Numbered from the stretch's first letter, positions 23,434 to 34,252 are shown. The stretch: DNA of 64,000 bases from a bacterium (GCA_947465765.1 CANIAP010000008.1:3152-67151), one strand, 5' to 3'. Numbers and translations are program-made. The notes: generated from the sequence alone by a model not told the origin.

Positions 23434-24882
23434 TTACCGACGTGCAATACACTCCAATATCAACCGACGAACAAGATCGGGCTTGGCTCGACCCTGGGTC
23501 TCTTTCATCACTTGGCCCATCAAAAAATCAGCTGAATTTGTTTTTCCACTCTTTACCTTTTCGACGACATCCAGGTTCGCGTCCAAAATCCGATCCACAA
23601 CCGCGACCAATTCACCCGTGTCTGAAATCTGCGTGGCCCCTGATGCCGCAACCACCGCGTCCGGCAATTGGCCCGTTTGGACACATTTTTCCAGAACTTC
23701 TTTGGCCATTTTGCCCGATAATTTCCCCGACTGAATCAATCCCAATAGTTGGACCAATCCCGCAGGGGTTATTTTGGACTCCTTAAACGACTGTTTTGTC
23801 TCTTTTAATACCGAATTCAGGTCCCCAACGACCCATTTTGCCGCATCTTTTGGCACGGCGCCGGCCGCAATACACTGATCCAAATACTGGCTCGTCTCGG
23901 GCTCGGTCAACACCACATCAATTTCAAACTCCGACAGCCCCGCGTCACGATATCGGCGTGCTTTGGCTTCGGGGAGCTCGGGCAACATGGCGCGAATCGT
24001 GTCGATCCATTGGGTCGTAAGGACCAATGGATATAAGTCGGGCTCTGGGAAATATCGGTAATCGTGGGACTCTTCTTTATCGCGTAACACTCGCGTCGTT
24101 TGGGTGGCCTCGTCATATTGACGGGTTTGCTGAACAATTCGTTCACCGGCGGTAAGTAGCTGGGTTTGCCGGGCAATTTCTGAATGAATGGCCCGCTCAA
24201 TACTACGAAATGAATTGACGTTTTTGGTTTCCGTCCGCGTCCCAAACGGTTCAGTTCCAACAGGACGGAGCGATACATTGATATCCGCCCTCAAACTGCC
24301 CTCGTCCATATTTCCGTCACAAATCCCCAAATAGACCAATCGCTGACGCAAGGCCTCGACGTACAATCGGGCTTCCTGCGCGGTTCGGATATCCGGTTCT
24401 GAGACAATCTCAATCAACGGCGTACAGGCCCGGTTCAAATCGACATGGGAATGGGTGGCCCCCGCGATGGTATCCGACCCTTGGTGAATCAGCTTTCCGG
24501 CGTCTTCTTCCATATGAATTCGGGTAATCCCAATTCGCTTTTTGACGCCATCCACACGGATATCTAAATGGCCGCCCAAACAAATGGGTTGATCGTATTG
24601 GCTAATTTGGTAACCCTTGGGGAGGTCGGGATAAAAATAATTTTTTCGGGAAAAGACCGAGGTGTGTCGGACGTCGCAATCCAGCGCCAGTCCCGCCATG
24701 ATTGCGTACTCCACTGCGCGGCGATTTAATACGGGAAGGGCGCCTGGCATCCCTAAGCAGACCGGGCAAACGTTGGTATTGGGTCGATCCCCAAACTGGG
24801 TGGAACACCCACAAAATAATTTTGTGTTGGTTTTGAGCTGAGCGTGTACCTCTATCCCAATTACTACCTCGAAAACGGTCAT
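23434..24882 (-). CDS. gatB: Asp/Glu-tRNA amidotransferase subunit B
   Basis: VIGIEVHAQL, FSRKNYFYPDLPKGYQISQY, HMEEDAGK, DYRYFPEPDL. Confidence 0.98.
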   Translation of the reverse strand: MTVFEVVIGIEVHAQLKTNTKLFCGCSTQFGDRPNTNVCPVCLGMPGALPVLNRRAVEYAIMAGLALDCDVRHTSVFSRKNYFYPDLPKGYQISQYDQPICLGGHLDIRVDGVKKRIGITRIHMEEDAGKLIHQGSDTIAGATHSHVDLNRACTPLIEIVSEPDIRTAQEARLYVEALRQRLVYLGICDGNMDEGSLRADINVSLRPVGTEPFGTRTETKNVNSFRSIERAIHSEIARQTQLLTAGERIVQQTRQYDEATQTTRVLRDKEESHDYRYFPEPDLYPLVLTTQWIDTIRAMLPELPEAKARRYRDAGLSEFEIDVVLTEPETSQYLDQCIAAGAVPKDAAKWVVGDLNSVLKETKQSFKESKITPAGLVQLLGLIQSGKLSGKMAKEVLEKCVQTGQLPDAVVAASGATQISDTGELVAVVDRILDANLDVVEKVKSGKTNSADFLMGQVMKETQGRAKPDLVRRLILECIARR

Positions 24883-26354
24883 TGCGCGCTCCTCATGACT
24901 GGGGACTGGAATCGAGTGGGAAATTGAGACAATTCCTGGAATCCGGCCGCCACATTTAGAATCTGTTGGTCCCCAAACGCAGGGCCAATGATTTGAAGCC
25001 CCACCGGCAATCCCTGGTCTAACCCACAGGGAACCGAAATCGCCGGAAGCCCCGCCATATTCACCGGAATGGTTGCAATATCGGCCAGATACATCGCCAA
25101 CGGGTTGGATTCATGTTCGCCCAATTTAAACGCAACCGACGGCGTCGTGGGGGTCATAATGACATCGTATTTTTCAAATGCCTGGGCAAAATCTCGGACA
25201 ATCAGTGATCTCAACTTTTGGGCCTTGGTATAATACGCATCGTAATATCCCGAGCTTAGAACATAGGTGCCAATAATAATTCGCCGTTTAACTTCAGGGC
25301 CAAATCCACCGCCACGGGACCGCCGAAACATATCCCGCAAATTATCCGCCTCGGAATCACGGTAGCCATATCGAACCCCATCAAACCGGGACAAGTTCGC
25401 GGAGGCTTCCGCCGGCGCGATGATGTAATACGTGGTGACGGCCTCCTTGAGCGACGGCATTGCAATTTCTTCCCAGGTGGCGCCGTTGGCTTTTAAAAGA
25501 TCCAACGCCGCGACTACTTGGGCTTTCACCCCCGGTTCAATTTCGGACCCAAACAATTCTTTGGGGACTCCAATTTTAAGACCTGCGACGGTGGGTTTTA
25601 GATTCGAATAATAGGACTCGGACCGACGCGGTGATGACGTGGCATCATGGGTATCGACTCCCGAAATGGCCTCCAATACCAGGGCTGCGTCTTCGACCGT
25701 TCTTGAAAACGGCCCGATCTGATCCAGAGACGAGGCGAACGCCACCAACCCGTATCGAGATACCCGGCCATACGTCGGCTTCATCCCGACGACGCCACAA
25801 AATGCAGCCGGTTGGCGGATGGATCCGCCGGTATCTGAGCCCAGCGAAACGACGACTTGGCCTGCCGCCACCGCCGCCGCCGACCCCCCCGACGAGCCCC
25901 CCGGAACACGGGAGGTATCCCAAGGATTTAACGAGGTGTGAAACGAGGAATTTTCCGTGGATGAGCCCATCGCAAATTCATCCAAATTGGTCTTGCCTGT
26001 AACGATGACTTGTTGGGCCTGGAGACGGTCAGTGACCGTCGCGTTAAACGATGGGATAAATCCTTTAAGAATCTGGGACGCGCAGGTCGTCGGCACTCCG
26101 GACACATGAATATTGTCCTTGATCGCGATGGGAATACCCGCCAGTAACGACAAGGCGTCACCCCGATCAAACTGGATGTCTAACGCCTGAGCCTGAGCCA
26201 ACGACTCCGACTGAAATGTGGTTAAATACGATTTTACTTGGGGTTCCACCTGGTCATGATGGGCCCACAATCCCGCCACCACATCCGCCACTTTTACCGA
26301 TCGATTTCGAAAGGCCTTCCCTAACTCGACTGCCGAACTTCGCCATGTCGTCAT
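24879..26354 (-). CDS. gatA: Asp/Glu-tRNA amidotransferase subunit A
   Basis: Amidase signature GGSSGGSAAAV...GSDTGGSIRQPA; KTNLDEFAMGSSTENS. Confidence 0.98.
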   Translation of the reverse strand: MTTWRSSAVELGKAFRNRSVKVADVVAGLWAHHDQVEPQVKSYLTTFQSESLAQAQALDIQFDRGDALSLLAGIPIAIKDNIHVSGVPTTCASQILKGFIPSFNATVTDRLQAQQVIVTGKTNLDEFAMGSSTENSSFHTSLNPWDTSRVPGGSSGGSAAAVAAGQVVVSLGSDTGGSIRQPAAFCGVVGMKPTYGRVSRYGLVAFASSLDQIGPFSRTVEDAALVLEAISGVDTHDATSSPRRSESYYSNLKPTVAGLKIGVPKELFGSEIEPGVKAQVVAALDLLKANGATWEEIAMPSLKEAVTTYYIIAPAEASANLSRFDGVRYGYRDSEADNLRDMFRRSRGGGFGPEVKRRIIIGTYVLSSGYYDAYYTKAQKLRSLIVRDFAQAFEKYDVIMTPTTPSVAFKLGEHESNPLAMYLADIATIPVNMAGLPAISVPCGLDQGLPVGLQIIGPAFGDQQILNVAAGFQELSQFPTRFQSPVMRSAQ

Positions 26355-26635
26355 TATAAAATCCTCGGAACAACGAAAGAATGGTCGGCCCAGGCCGGTG
26401 CATTCTCCACGAGTCGAAGGTCCGACTGGGGGACAACGACGTCATCACGCAACGCCATGTCCACCGAAAACGCGGTGGCCGCCGGCGAAACGTGGGTCAA
26501 ATCAAACTGATTAATACTTTCCATGTGTGTCAAAATCGACTGAATTTGGGGAAGGAATTTCTCCTTCAACGCCGCACTCACGTCCAGGTGGGCCAATTGA
26601 ATGATGTGATCGAGGTCAGATTGAGAAAATGTCAT
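26354..26635 (-). CDS. gatC: Asp/Glu-tRNA amidotransferase subunit C
   Basis: HIIQLAHL...LRDDVV...NAP....FVVPRIL; adjacent to gatA; ATG 26635 preferred as start. Confidence 0.93.
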   Translation of the reverse strand: MTFSQSDLDHIIQLAHLDVSAALKEKFLPQIQSILTHMESINQFDLTHVSPAATAFSVDMALRDDVVVPQSDLRLVENAPAWADHSFVVPRIL

Positions 26636-26642
26636 GGTCAAA

Positions 26643-26651
26643 AGTATAACA
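26643..26651 (-). promoter_or_regulatory. Extended -10 promoter (likely leaderless gatC mRNA)
   Basis: TGtTATACT, 7 nt upstream of ATG 26635. Confidence 0.6.
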
Positions 26652-26657
26652 GGAAAT

Positions 26658-27740
26658 TTAACTCACCGAACACCCGCATCCCACTGACGGAGTCAGCGAA
26701 TTCAACATGGCTTTTTGACCTGATTTTAGCGAGGGATTCGACCATAATCTGGAAATCGCGGGACGAAGCACATTGCAAGATTCTTGCCATCTAGGATCCT
26801 CCGCCATTTTCACACCCGCATCCTTAAAAATGGATATAAGATCCGACTCCAACGGCTTCAAATGTGCGGCATCGGAATCAATCAAGCACGCCTTCACCAT
26901 ATCCAAAACATCGGCCGCATGGGCCACACAATTCAACCGCTTATTGTCCGACAAAACCGTCTGATTCCGATTGTAAAACCCGATCATATTGTACAATGTC
27001 ATTACTGCCAGATTGGCGGCTTCCCCGTCCTCCATCCGAATGGAAATTTCGACAAAAAGGGACCCTGCCGTCAATGTCGAGTCAATCCACTGCGGTGTAT
27101 GGCCCATGCAGCGCACCACCTCCTGAGTCCGACTCCGCCAATCCGCAAGACGGGAACCCGCATAGGGCTCGCCGTACACACGCTCTTGCCGAATCCCAAG
27201 ATCCACCAATTTAAGCCGATACTGCGCCGAGTACGGCGTGAGCGTTACAAATTGGGGGTCAGCCGACGGAAGTTCAGACAACGAAATCGCTTGTTGGTAA
27301 AAATACCGCGCCGAATCGTACGACTGCAGTGAAACGGACCGATCCGACATCAACATCGAATCACCATGCCCCGAATAATTTAAACCCAGCTCATAATAAA
27401 CGTCGGTCTGGTTCTCTGGCGGTACCGACGCCCACATCGAGCTGTTAAGCACGGGCAACAAACCCTCAATGGCCGACATGGAGTCCCCTGCACTCCGAGA
27501 CATCCTCGCACGCTCGAGCGCCTCCTCACGAGGCACCGAATATGCCAGAGGCATTGCCTCCTTGGCGTAGATCATCGGGTTCACCTGCATTGGGGTAATC
27601 TTCGAACCATCGTCATGGATCTCAACCGCCGTCGCAATGGGTTCAGGATACATCCACCACTCCATCGGTGGCGCAGACGGCACCACCCCTCCAGACCACT
27701 GAGACGCAACAACCCGCTTCATCAGAAAATAAATTCCCAT
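26658..27740 (-). CDS. Hypothetical TPR-like protein
   Basis: VYYELGLNYSGHGD...ARYFYQQAISL is TPR-like; GGAGG upstream of ATG 27740. Confidence 0.6.
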   Translation of the reverse strand: MGIYFLMKRVVASQWSGGVVPSAPPMEWWMYPEPIATAVEIHDDGSKITPMQVNPMIYAKEAMPLAYSVPREEALERARMSRSAGDSMSAIEGLLPVLNSSMWASVPPENQTDVYYELGLNYSGHGDSMLMSDRSVSLQSYDSARYFYQQAISLSELPSADPQFVTLTPYSAQYRLKLVDLGIRQERVYGEPYAGSRLADWRSRTQEVVRCMGHTPQWIDSTLTAGSLFVEISIRMEDGEAANLAVMTLYNMIGFYNRNQTVLSDNKRLNCVAHAADVLDMVKACLIDSDAAHLKPLESDLISIFKDAGVKMAEDPRWQESCNVLRPAISRLWSNPSLKSGQKAMLNSLTPSVGCGCSVS

Positions 27741-27854
27741 CGAAAACCCTCCCAAAAATAGTTGGATAAGATCAAAGTGTAGTCGCTATTTCAGGGGGAA
27801 TCTAGGCCCCTTTTATTTTGTTCGGGGGGCTCGAATAAACGCAGCGCCGATCGT

Positions 27855-30800
27855 CTAGAAATTAATCGTCGCCTTAAACACAATCCCTGAAATTTCATAC
27901 CCAATCTGCTGGACCCCCGTCGCCGCGCGGTCCTTATCAAAGGCATCCGTCACCCGCTTGATCTGGCCTTCGCCGGTGATCGTCACATTGTCCAGATAGG
28001 GGTTGCCCTTGAACGGTAGAATAATGTTCACACTCAACGACCCCATTTCAACGGTATCCTTACGATCTACGACGGCATATCGAATTTGGTCGCCGGTGCC
28101 TTTTTGAATTTCGGTTTGCTGTAATGTATTGAGAGATCTTCCCCAGTTGTCATCCCGGGTATAGGACATCGATACCTTAAAAACATCCGTCTGAATCGGC
28201 GAATAGCTCACCGACGCTCGTCCCGAATACCCTTGGCTTGAATTGCCCGCCACCGTATCCGTCCACCGAAGCGAATAGTCATAGGCCGTCGTTAGACCGG
28301 GAAGTGGCCTAAATTCAGCCCCCACCGACCCCACCTTTTCGGTGTACATCGCTTCGGAGGTATTCACGGTTGTAGTGGCCCGATCCGTCAACCTAGACAA
28401 GGATCCCGACCCCCGAAAACTAATAAATGAAAACGGAGTCAACGTCGCGCCCAATGTCCCTGAATATTTCCGCTGAAAAATACGATCCGTGAATAACGCG
28501 TCTTGGGTCCGAATCTCCGTGGACTTGAGCTGCTCTATACTCAAGTTCAAACTGGGGGACCGATATTGATCTGACTGGGTCAATGAGGCATTGCCATTCA
28601 ATGCCAAAAATGAAAATGGGGAAAACCCGACGGTGGTACCGATGTTTTGTCCAATCCGATGAGTTAACCCCGTATTGGCCGCTGATAAATTTCGACTTAA
28701 AGTCTCTCGATTCAGACGTCCGCTCCCCGAAATATCCACCCAATTTAACGGCCGTAACGCCACGTCTGCCCCGACGGAGTATTGATCGGTATTCTCTTGG
28801 GAAATGCTCCGGGTCGACACGTTTCCAAAAATCTGATCCACTTGCTGAACGCTAACCGCCCGATAGATGGATTCATCCACACCGGCCCGAAACGTTCCCA
28901 AATCCAGCATAAAAATCGTGGGAATCCCCACTATAATGGATCCGGGATCGAATGATAGATTTTGAGTCCGTCGATCGTAGGGACTCTGCATTAATGTCTT
29001 ATTGCTCGTCGCAGTAGTCGCAATGAGGTCAAAATTTTGGGATTCCCGCTTATAGTCCACACTTAATCCATACGAAAATTTATCCAACAAAAAAATAGGC
29101 GGATGAACATCCAATTTACCCGACACCGACCGATAGGTCCGGGAACTTAGATTGTGGGAGCTCGTCTGTGTTGAGGCATCGTCGACTGAATCGTTGAGCG
29201 TCATCGTGTACCCAATTCGGCTCAACGATACCCCCGGAATCGGGGTTAATGAGTTATACGCCACCGATTGGCTGTTGTTATTGATCCGCTTTAAATCATC
29301 GTTTTCTCGTGACTCTGTTTTTCCATAGCTGTAGGTCAAAAACGAACCCCTCAATAGGCCCACCAACGGATGGTCATCTTTAAGCCCCAAATACGTTAGT
29401 AACCCCGGGGGGGAAAATGTATTGACCTGATATCGGACGTCGTTGGAGAGCTGCCCCTTTTGTCCCGATAGCGGGCTAAACCGTTCGGAATTGGACAACG
29501 ACCCGGCCAAATTTAGCCAGGCATAAGGCTTATACGCCGTATCTAGCCGATAATTGGTGGCGCGATTGGGGGTCCCAGACACTCCATTGGATATCGAGTT
29601 TTGTTCTTCGGTCGAGAAATCCACTCCCCCGTCCATGAGCGGCAGCGGCTGAAATCGCGATCCGATACCCATCTTCCGGGAAAACGCGCGGTCGTTGGTT
29701 TGAATGCCCGTCGCCGACGTCAGCGCAAGAACGGAGGTTTGAGCGTATTCAAAATTGGGATGAATCGTCGTGTCTCCGAAAAAAAAGAGCCGATTTATTT
29801 TCCAATCGGTCGACAATTGATAGGAATCCGTCTCGGTATTCCGACGATCAAACCCGTCCAAGGCGCCGGATACCGACTTGGAAAAACTGCGATTAAACAA
29901 ATAGCGGGCGTCGCCCACCGAAAATCCCACGCCCGTATTCCATGCCATACTTGCCGCATCATCCCCATAGATATTACCGGTCACCCCATCCACCGAGGGA
30001 TCGGAATAACTCAGGTTATACCGAAACTCCTGGCTAAAATCGATGGCGTCAAATAAAAGCATTTTGGAACGAATCCCTAAATCATCCGTATGTTTATATA
30101 AATTATCTTTGACTCCGGACGGCGGCAAATATTGCTCAAATCGGCGATAATCGGCGGCAATCCACTGGGACTCCGCCCGTCGATATTCCACCCCACCCCC
30201 AAATGAGGTCGTTCCTCTCGGCGTTTGAATCGGGGATATCGGAGAGAAATTTTTGTCGACCGACTTGATATCCGCCCGAATCGTCCAGGGGCCCTCCTGA
30301 AACTGGGTCGCCACTTTGGACGCAAAGCGATAGCCCTTCGAATCCCCGGCCTGGGTCTGACCGTTGGGATCGATATATTTAAACTGAACTCGGATCTTAT
30401 CCGTTGCCGCCGGATTTAAATTGATAAACCGAAAGGTCCCGTTCACATAGTTAATCGAATAATTTTGATCCCGTGTTTGCGGTCGCTCGTTCAGAAATAC
30501 GGTTTCCGAATTCTCAACAATATTCCGAGGTCCCAAGCTATAGACGGCCGCCCCCCCCTGCCCAGGTCCGAGAAAGTCACCATTCTTTTGTGCCCTCGTC
30601 AAATTATTTTCCGCCCCAGATAATTCGGTATCGACCCGCCACGATTTGGACAACTGGGCCCCGAACGTCAAGCCAAATTGATGCTGGGCAATGGTTCCCG
30701 CATCCGGCACCGATTCGGGCGCATGCTCGTAGGTAATCATAATTCTCTGACCCGACTCAGGGTAGGCACCCAAATACCGTTGCGAGGGCCAATTGGGGTC

Positions 30801-33215
30801 AATATCCCCTTTTTTAAAGAACTTGATACTGACCAGATCATCGCCATTGGTCCCGTAATTAACGATATAGTCCCGGCTCACCGTTAATGGGATATATTCG
30901 CTGGTCGCGCTATCAAAAAGTCGGACCGTCTTCACGCCATTAAATCGAATGGGCACATTGGGCGGAGTGAACGACGACGAATGATTTACATACTCACTGA
31001 CCCCCACCCCTGATCCTTGGAAAATATAAGTCGTCGGATAACTTTTGCGATAGGAGTAGGACACGGCCGCCGGGGTGGATCCTACGGTTGAATTGACCGA
31101 AAAACGACCCGTATACGAATTGACTGAAAAGGTATTCGCCGCCGTCGGATTGCCGGACACAACCGTCAATACTTGCCCATTCACCGTCAAAATAATTTTG
31201 TCCGGGTTCGCGATTGGATTATTAACCGCCGTGAATGAATTTCCTGAAAACGTCACATTTTCAGAGACGACCGACACCAGAAGTTCATCCTCTTGACCCT
31301 TCGCGTATTCATCCAAGTAGGTCACCCCAAAATTAAATGGCGACCCCGAATTGGCCGCCGTGGGGTTTGCCGAATCCATCCGGACCACGCGATATTTCAC
31401 CGTAATAATAGTCGGGTACTTAATCGGGTAGAAAAACTGCAATTTTCCGTCGGTGTTCTCCAACGTATAGTCCACGGCAGGGTTTAGAACGTTTCGATCA
31501 TAAATAACCGTTTCCGAATCCGCCAACACATCCGTATTACTCAATGAGTATGGACCACGGGAATCCTGCCCGATCAGATCGTCGGTGACTTCAAACGTGT
31601 CATAACTGGAATAATTCACCGTCACCGAGTCCCCGACATTCAATGGCCGCTTGATGAACACCAACCTCCCTTTTCGGGCCCGGACGGCGTAGTCCAAATT
31701 CCGCCGCAACGTCACGCCATTCAAAATAACCTCATCTGATCCCAAGACAATCGCCGACGATTTTAGGTCGATATTCATCGTCCCAATCCAATTTGGATTC
31801 GAGGACGCCGTCACAAAAAATGACTCTACGGTCCGAACAATTCGAGGGACCTTATCCAACACCTGGGTGGCCTTCCATACATATTGGGCCCCATTAAAAT
31901 TCTTTCGCGACAACACCGGAATAAAATCTTCGATTGGATTAGTAAATTCATACACAATTTCGATGTAATCCGACGGCCCTTTCACAGTCGAGAATTTCAC
32001 CACCCCATCAAAATAATTGACGACATAGTCTCGCCCTTCGGATTGGGGAGCGTTATTCACCCATACTTTGACCGAATCGGTCAGAAGGGATTTCACTCCA
32101 ACGTTATACTCGCGAAGACCGTTTCCAGAGGACTCAAATTTTTTGGGCTCGGACCGTTGCTTTCCTGCCGCAAAAATGACGTTCCAATTGGGGTCCGACT
32201 GGGTATACCGAACCCCGTTTAATGATTTCCGATAGTTAATAAATTCGCCGTTCTGGAAATCCGCATCCAAATGAAAGAAGGTCAATTCCTGCTTCTGATA
32301 TTTCACCGCAACGTCGTACTTTCCTGGAAAATCGGGCTCTTGCTCAATGTCATAATGGACCGACAAATCATCCGCTAGTTTCCCGTCGATATTAAACCGA
32401 AATCTCATGTCAAATTTGGGGCTCCCCAACAACACATCGCTGGGCAATTTGGTATACACCGGATCCCGTTGAATCATTCCCCACCGGTTATCCGTCGGAG
32501 ACAACTCCCCCAATTTGGGACTGTAATCTCGACCGCTAATTTTCATTTCATAGAACCCATCCACATCCAATTGGGGATACCGGTTACTCGGTCGGGGAGG
32601 GAGCCGAAAGATCTCTTCCACTGACGGCAGATAGGTGTATACCGGACGGGACCGGAAAGTCCGGCGACTCACCGTGGGCGAACTCGGGCCCACCGACGCG
32701 GTCGGAAGTCTCAAGGCATCGATGGTCTCGGATCGGGGAATATCGAGATCTAAAAACTCTCGAATTTTGGACGACGAAAACGTATTGGGACTCGTCACCG
32801 TCGCTGTCGGAATGACCGCTGCATTTTCCGATGCTATTTCCGATGCTATTTCCGCCGCTATTTCCGCCGCAACGTCCACTGGCGCCGCAACTGACACCGG
32901 AACCACCATTCCCAACAACGTAATCGGAGGGGGGAGGCTCCCGTGGTATGGCACCGTCACTGACTTTAAAACCCAGACGTGGGCGTCATCATAGGTAACC
33001 ACTTGAAAAAACGTTTCATTCTCCGTCACCACTTCAAATATTGTGTCTGAAAATGCCGAATATTTAATCGTCGCCGTATCGTCAGGTGCGACTCGAAATA
33101 CCGCCGATTGGTTCCCAATTTGGACATAGGTGGTCGCGCCAATGGGGACGGCAAAAAAGCCGACAAGAAGGACACTCATCAGACCAACGATGGTTCGGAC
33201 TATTGGGGCACCCAT
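27855..33215 (-). CDS. Large exported outer-membrane beta-barrel protein with SprA/Sov-like motifs (1786 aa)
   Basis: Signal peptide; FDMRFRFNIDGKL...SLNGVR...KQRSEPK segment; about six S.xV..N...L....DY..NY..G...F repeats; amphipathic beta-strands; C-terminal Phe (FKATINF). Confidence 0.7.
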   Translation of the reverse strand: MGAPIVRTIVGLMSVLLVGFFAVPIGATTYVQIGNQSAVFRVAPDDTATIKYSAFSDTIFEVVTENETFFQVVTYDDAHVWVLKSVTVPYHGSLPPPITLLGMVVPVSVAAPVDVAAEIAAEIASEIASENAAVIPTATVTSPNTFSSSKIREFLDLDIPRSETIDALRLPTASVGPSSPTVSRRTFRSRPVYTYLPSVEEIFRLPPRPSNRYPQLDVDGFYEMKISGRDYSPKLGELSPTDNRWGMIQRDPVYTKLPSDVLLGSPKFDMRFRFNIDGKLADDLSVHYDIEQEPDFPGKYDVAVKYQKQELTFFHLDADFQNGEFINYRKSLNGVRYTQSDPNWNVIFAAGKQRSEPKKFESSGNGLREYNVGVKSLLTDSVKVWVNNAPQSEGRDYVVNYFDGVVKFSTVKGPSDYIEIVYEFTNPIEDFIPVLSRKNFNGAQYVWKATQVLDKVPRIVRTVESFFVTASSNPNWIGTMNIDLKSSAIVLGSDEVILNGVTLRRNLDYAVRARKGRLVFIKRPLNVGDSVTVNYSSYDTFEVTDDLIGQDSRGPYSLSNTDVLADSETVIYDRNVLNPAVDYTLENTDGKLQFFYPIKYPTIITVKYRVVRMDSANPTAANSGSPFNFGVTYLDEYAKGQEDELLVSVVSENVTFSGNSFTAVNNPIANPDKIILTVNGQVLTVVSGNPTAANTFSVNSYTGRFSVNSTVGSTPAAVSYSYRKSYPTTYIFQGSGVGVSEYVNHSSSFTPPNVPIRFNGVKTVRLFDSATSEYIPLTVSRDYIVNYGTNGDDLVSIKFFKKGDIDPNWPSQRYLGAYPESGQRIMITYEHAPESVPDAGTIAQHQFGLTFGAQLSKSWRVDTELSGAENNLTRAQKNGDFLGPGQGGAAVYSLGPRNIVENSETVFLNERPQTRDQNYSINYVNGTFRFINLNPAATDKIRVQFKYIDPNGQTQAGDSKGYRFASKVATQFQEGPWTIRADIKSVDKNFSPISPIQTPRGTTSFGGGVEYRRAESQWIAADYRRFEQYLPPSGVKDNLYKHTDDLGIRSKMLLFDAIDFSQEFRYNLSYSDPSVDGVTGNIYGDDAASMAWNTGVGFSVGDARYLFNRSFSKSVSGALDGFDRRNTETDSYQLSTDWKINRLFFFGDTTIHPNFEYAQTSVLALTSATGIQTNDRAFSRKMGIGSRFQPLPLMDGGVDFSTEEQNSISNGVSGTPNRATNYRLDTAYKPYAWLNLAGSLSNSERFSPLSGQKGQLSNDVRYQVNTFSPPGLLTYLGLKDDHPLVGLLRGSFLTYSYGKTESRENDDLKRINNNSQSVAYNSLTPIPGVSLSRIGYTMTLNDSVDDASTQTSSHNLSSRTYRSVSGKLDVHPPIFLLDKFSYGLSVDYKRESQNFDLIATTATSNKTLMQSPYDRRTQNLSFDPGSIIVGIPTIFMLDLGTFRAGVDESIYRAVSVQQVDQIFGNVSTRSISQENTDQYSVGADVALRPLNWVDISGSGRLNRETLSRNLSAANTGLTHRIGQNIGTTVGFSPFSFLALNGNASLTQSDQYRSPSLNLSIEQLKSTEIRTQDALFTDRIFQRKYSGTLGATLTPFSFISFRGSGSLSRLTDRATTTVNTSEAMYTEKVGSVGAEFRPLPGLTTAYDYSLRWTDTVAGNSSQGYSGRASVSYSPIQTDVFKVSMSYTRDDNWGRSLNTLQQTEIQKGTGDQIRYAVVDRKDTVEMGSLSVNIILPFKGNPYLDNVTITGEGQIKRVTDAFDKDRAATGVQQIGYEISGIVFKATINF
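32825..32872. repeat. 12-bp in-frame tandem repeat encoding (AEIA/SEIA)n
   Basis: TTTCCGATGCTA x2, then TTTCCGCCGCTA and TTTCCGCCGCAA. Confidence 0.85.
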
Positions 33216-34252
33216 AACAGCATCGCGTCTCCGTAACTGTAGAATCGGTATCCCCGGGAAATCGCCTCTGCATAGCCAGACTTGATTTGTTCAATACCCA
33301 TTAACGCGGAAACCAAAACCAAAAGAGACGATCGCGGAAGATGAAAATTAGTGATCAATCCATCAATCACGTGAACCGAGGATCCCGGACGCAAAAACAG
33401 GGCCGTTGACCCCGCTCCGGATTGGATCCCATCCGACCCCCACGCCGACTCCAGACATCGCGTCACTGTCGTCCCCACCGCAATCACCCGACGCCCCTCT
33501 TTTTTTGCCCGAGTCACAGCGGCGGCCGTATCTTCTGAAATAAAATACGACTCCTCATGCATCCGATGGTCGTCCAAGTTAGTCACCGAAATCGGCTTAA
33601 ATGTCCCGTACCCCACATGGAGCGTAATCGACCAAATAATGACCCCCATGGACCGGAGTCGGTCCAGCAATTCGTCGGTAAAATGCAACCCGGCCGTCGG
33701 GGCCGCTACCGCGCCAGGTGTCCGTGCCACCACGGTTTGATACCGTTCCAAATCGTCGACCTGGGCCACGCCATTTCGGATATAGGGGGGAAGCGGCACC
33801 TGGCCCACCCGCTCAAGCGCTTCGGCCCAAGGCAGCGAGGTCATGAGCCGCACCCGATGCAACGGGGCCGAATGATCCGATGAACTCACCGCATTTTTCT
33901 GAACAATTCGCACCGACACCTCGGGCGAAATCGCTATTTCATCGCCTTCTGCCACTCGTTTTGAAGGACGGATCAACGCCAACCAATCATCGTCGGGTTG
34001 CCGCTCCACCAACAAAATTTCCACACGGCCCCCACTCAACCGGGTCCCCATCAACCGCGCGTTAATCACCCGGGTATCGTTCATCACAATGACGTCTCCA
34101 GACCGCACAAGTTCAGGAAGATCGTAAAAATGCCGGTGCGATCGCCCCTCATTAGACAAGACCATTAACCGACTATGATCCCTCGGCACCATGGGGACTT
34201 GTGCAATCGCATGCTCAGGGAGTTCAAATTCAAAATCAGAGAGTTGCAGCAA
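33200..34252 (-). CDS. queA: S-adenosylmethionine:tRNA ribosyltransferase-isomerase
   Basis: NDTRVINARL, PLPPYI, AVAAPTAGLHF, VGTT, TNFHLPRSSLL, YRFYSYGDAM. Confidence 0.97.
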   Translation of the reverse strand: MLQLSDFEFELPEHAIAQVPMVPRDHSRLMVLSNEGRSHRHFYDLPELVRSGDVIVMNDTRVINARLMGTRLSGGRVEILLVERQPDDDWLALIRPSKRVAEGDEIAISPEVSVRIVQKNAVSSSDHSAPLHRVRLMTSLPWAEALERVGQVPLPPYIRNGVAQVDDLERYQTVVARTPGAVAAPTAGLHFTDELLDRLRSMGVIIWSITLHVGYGTFKPISVTNLDDHRMHEESYFISEDTAAAVTRAKKEGRRVIAVGTTVTRCLESAWGSDGIQSGAGSTALFLRPGSSVHVIDGLITNFHLPRSSLLVLVSALMGIEQIKSGYAEAISRGYRFYSYGDAMLLWVPQ

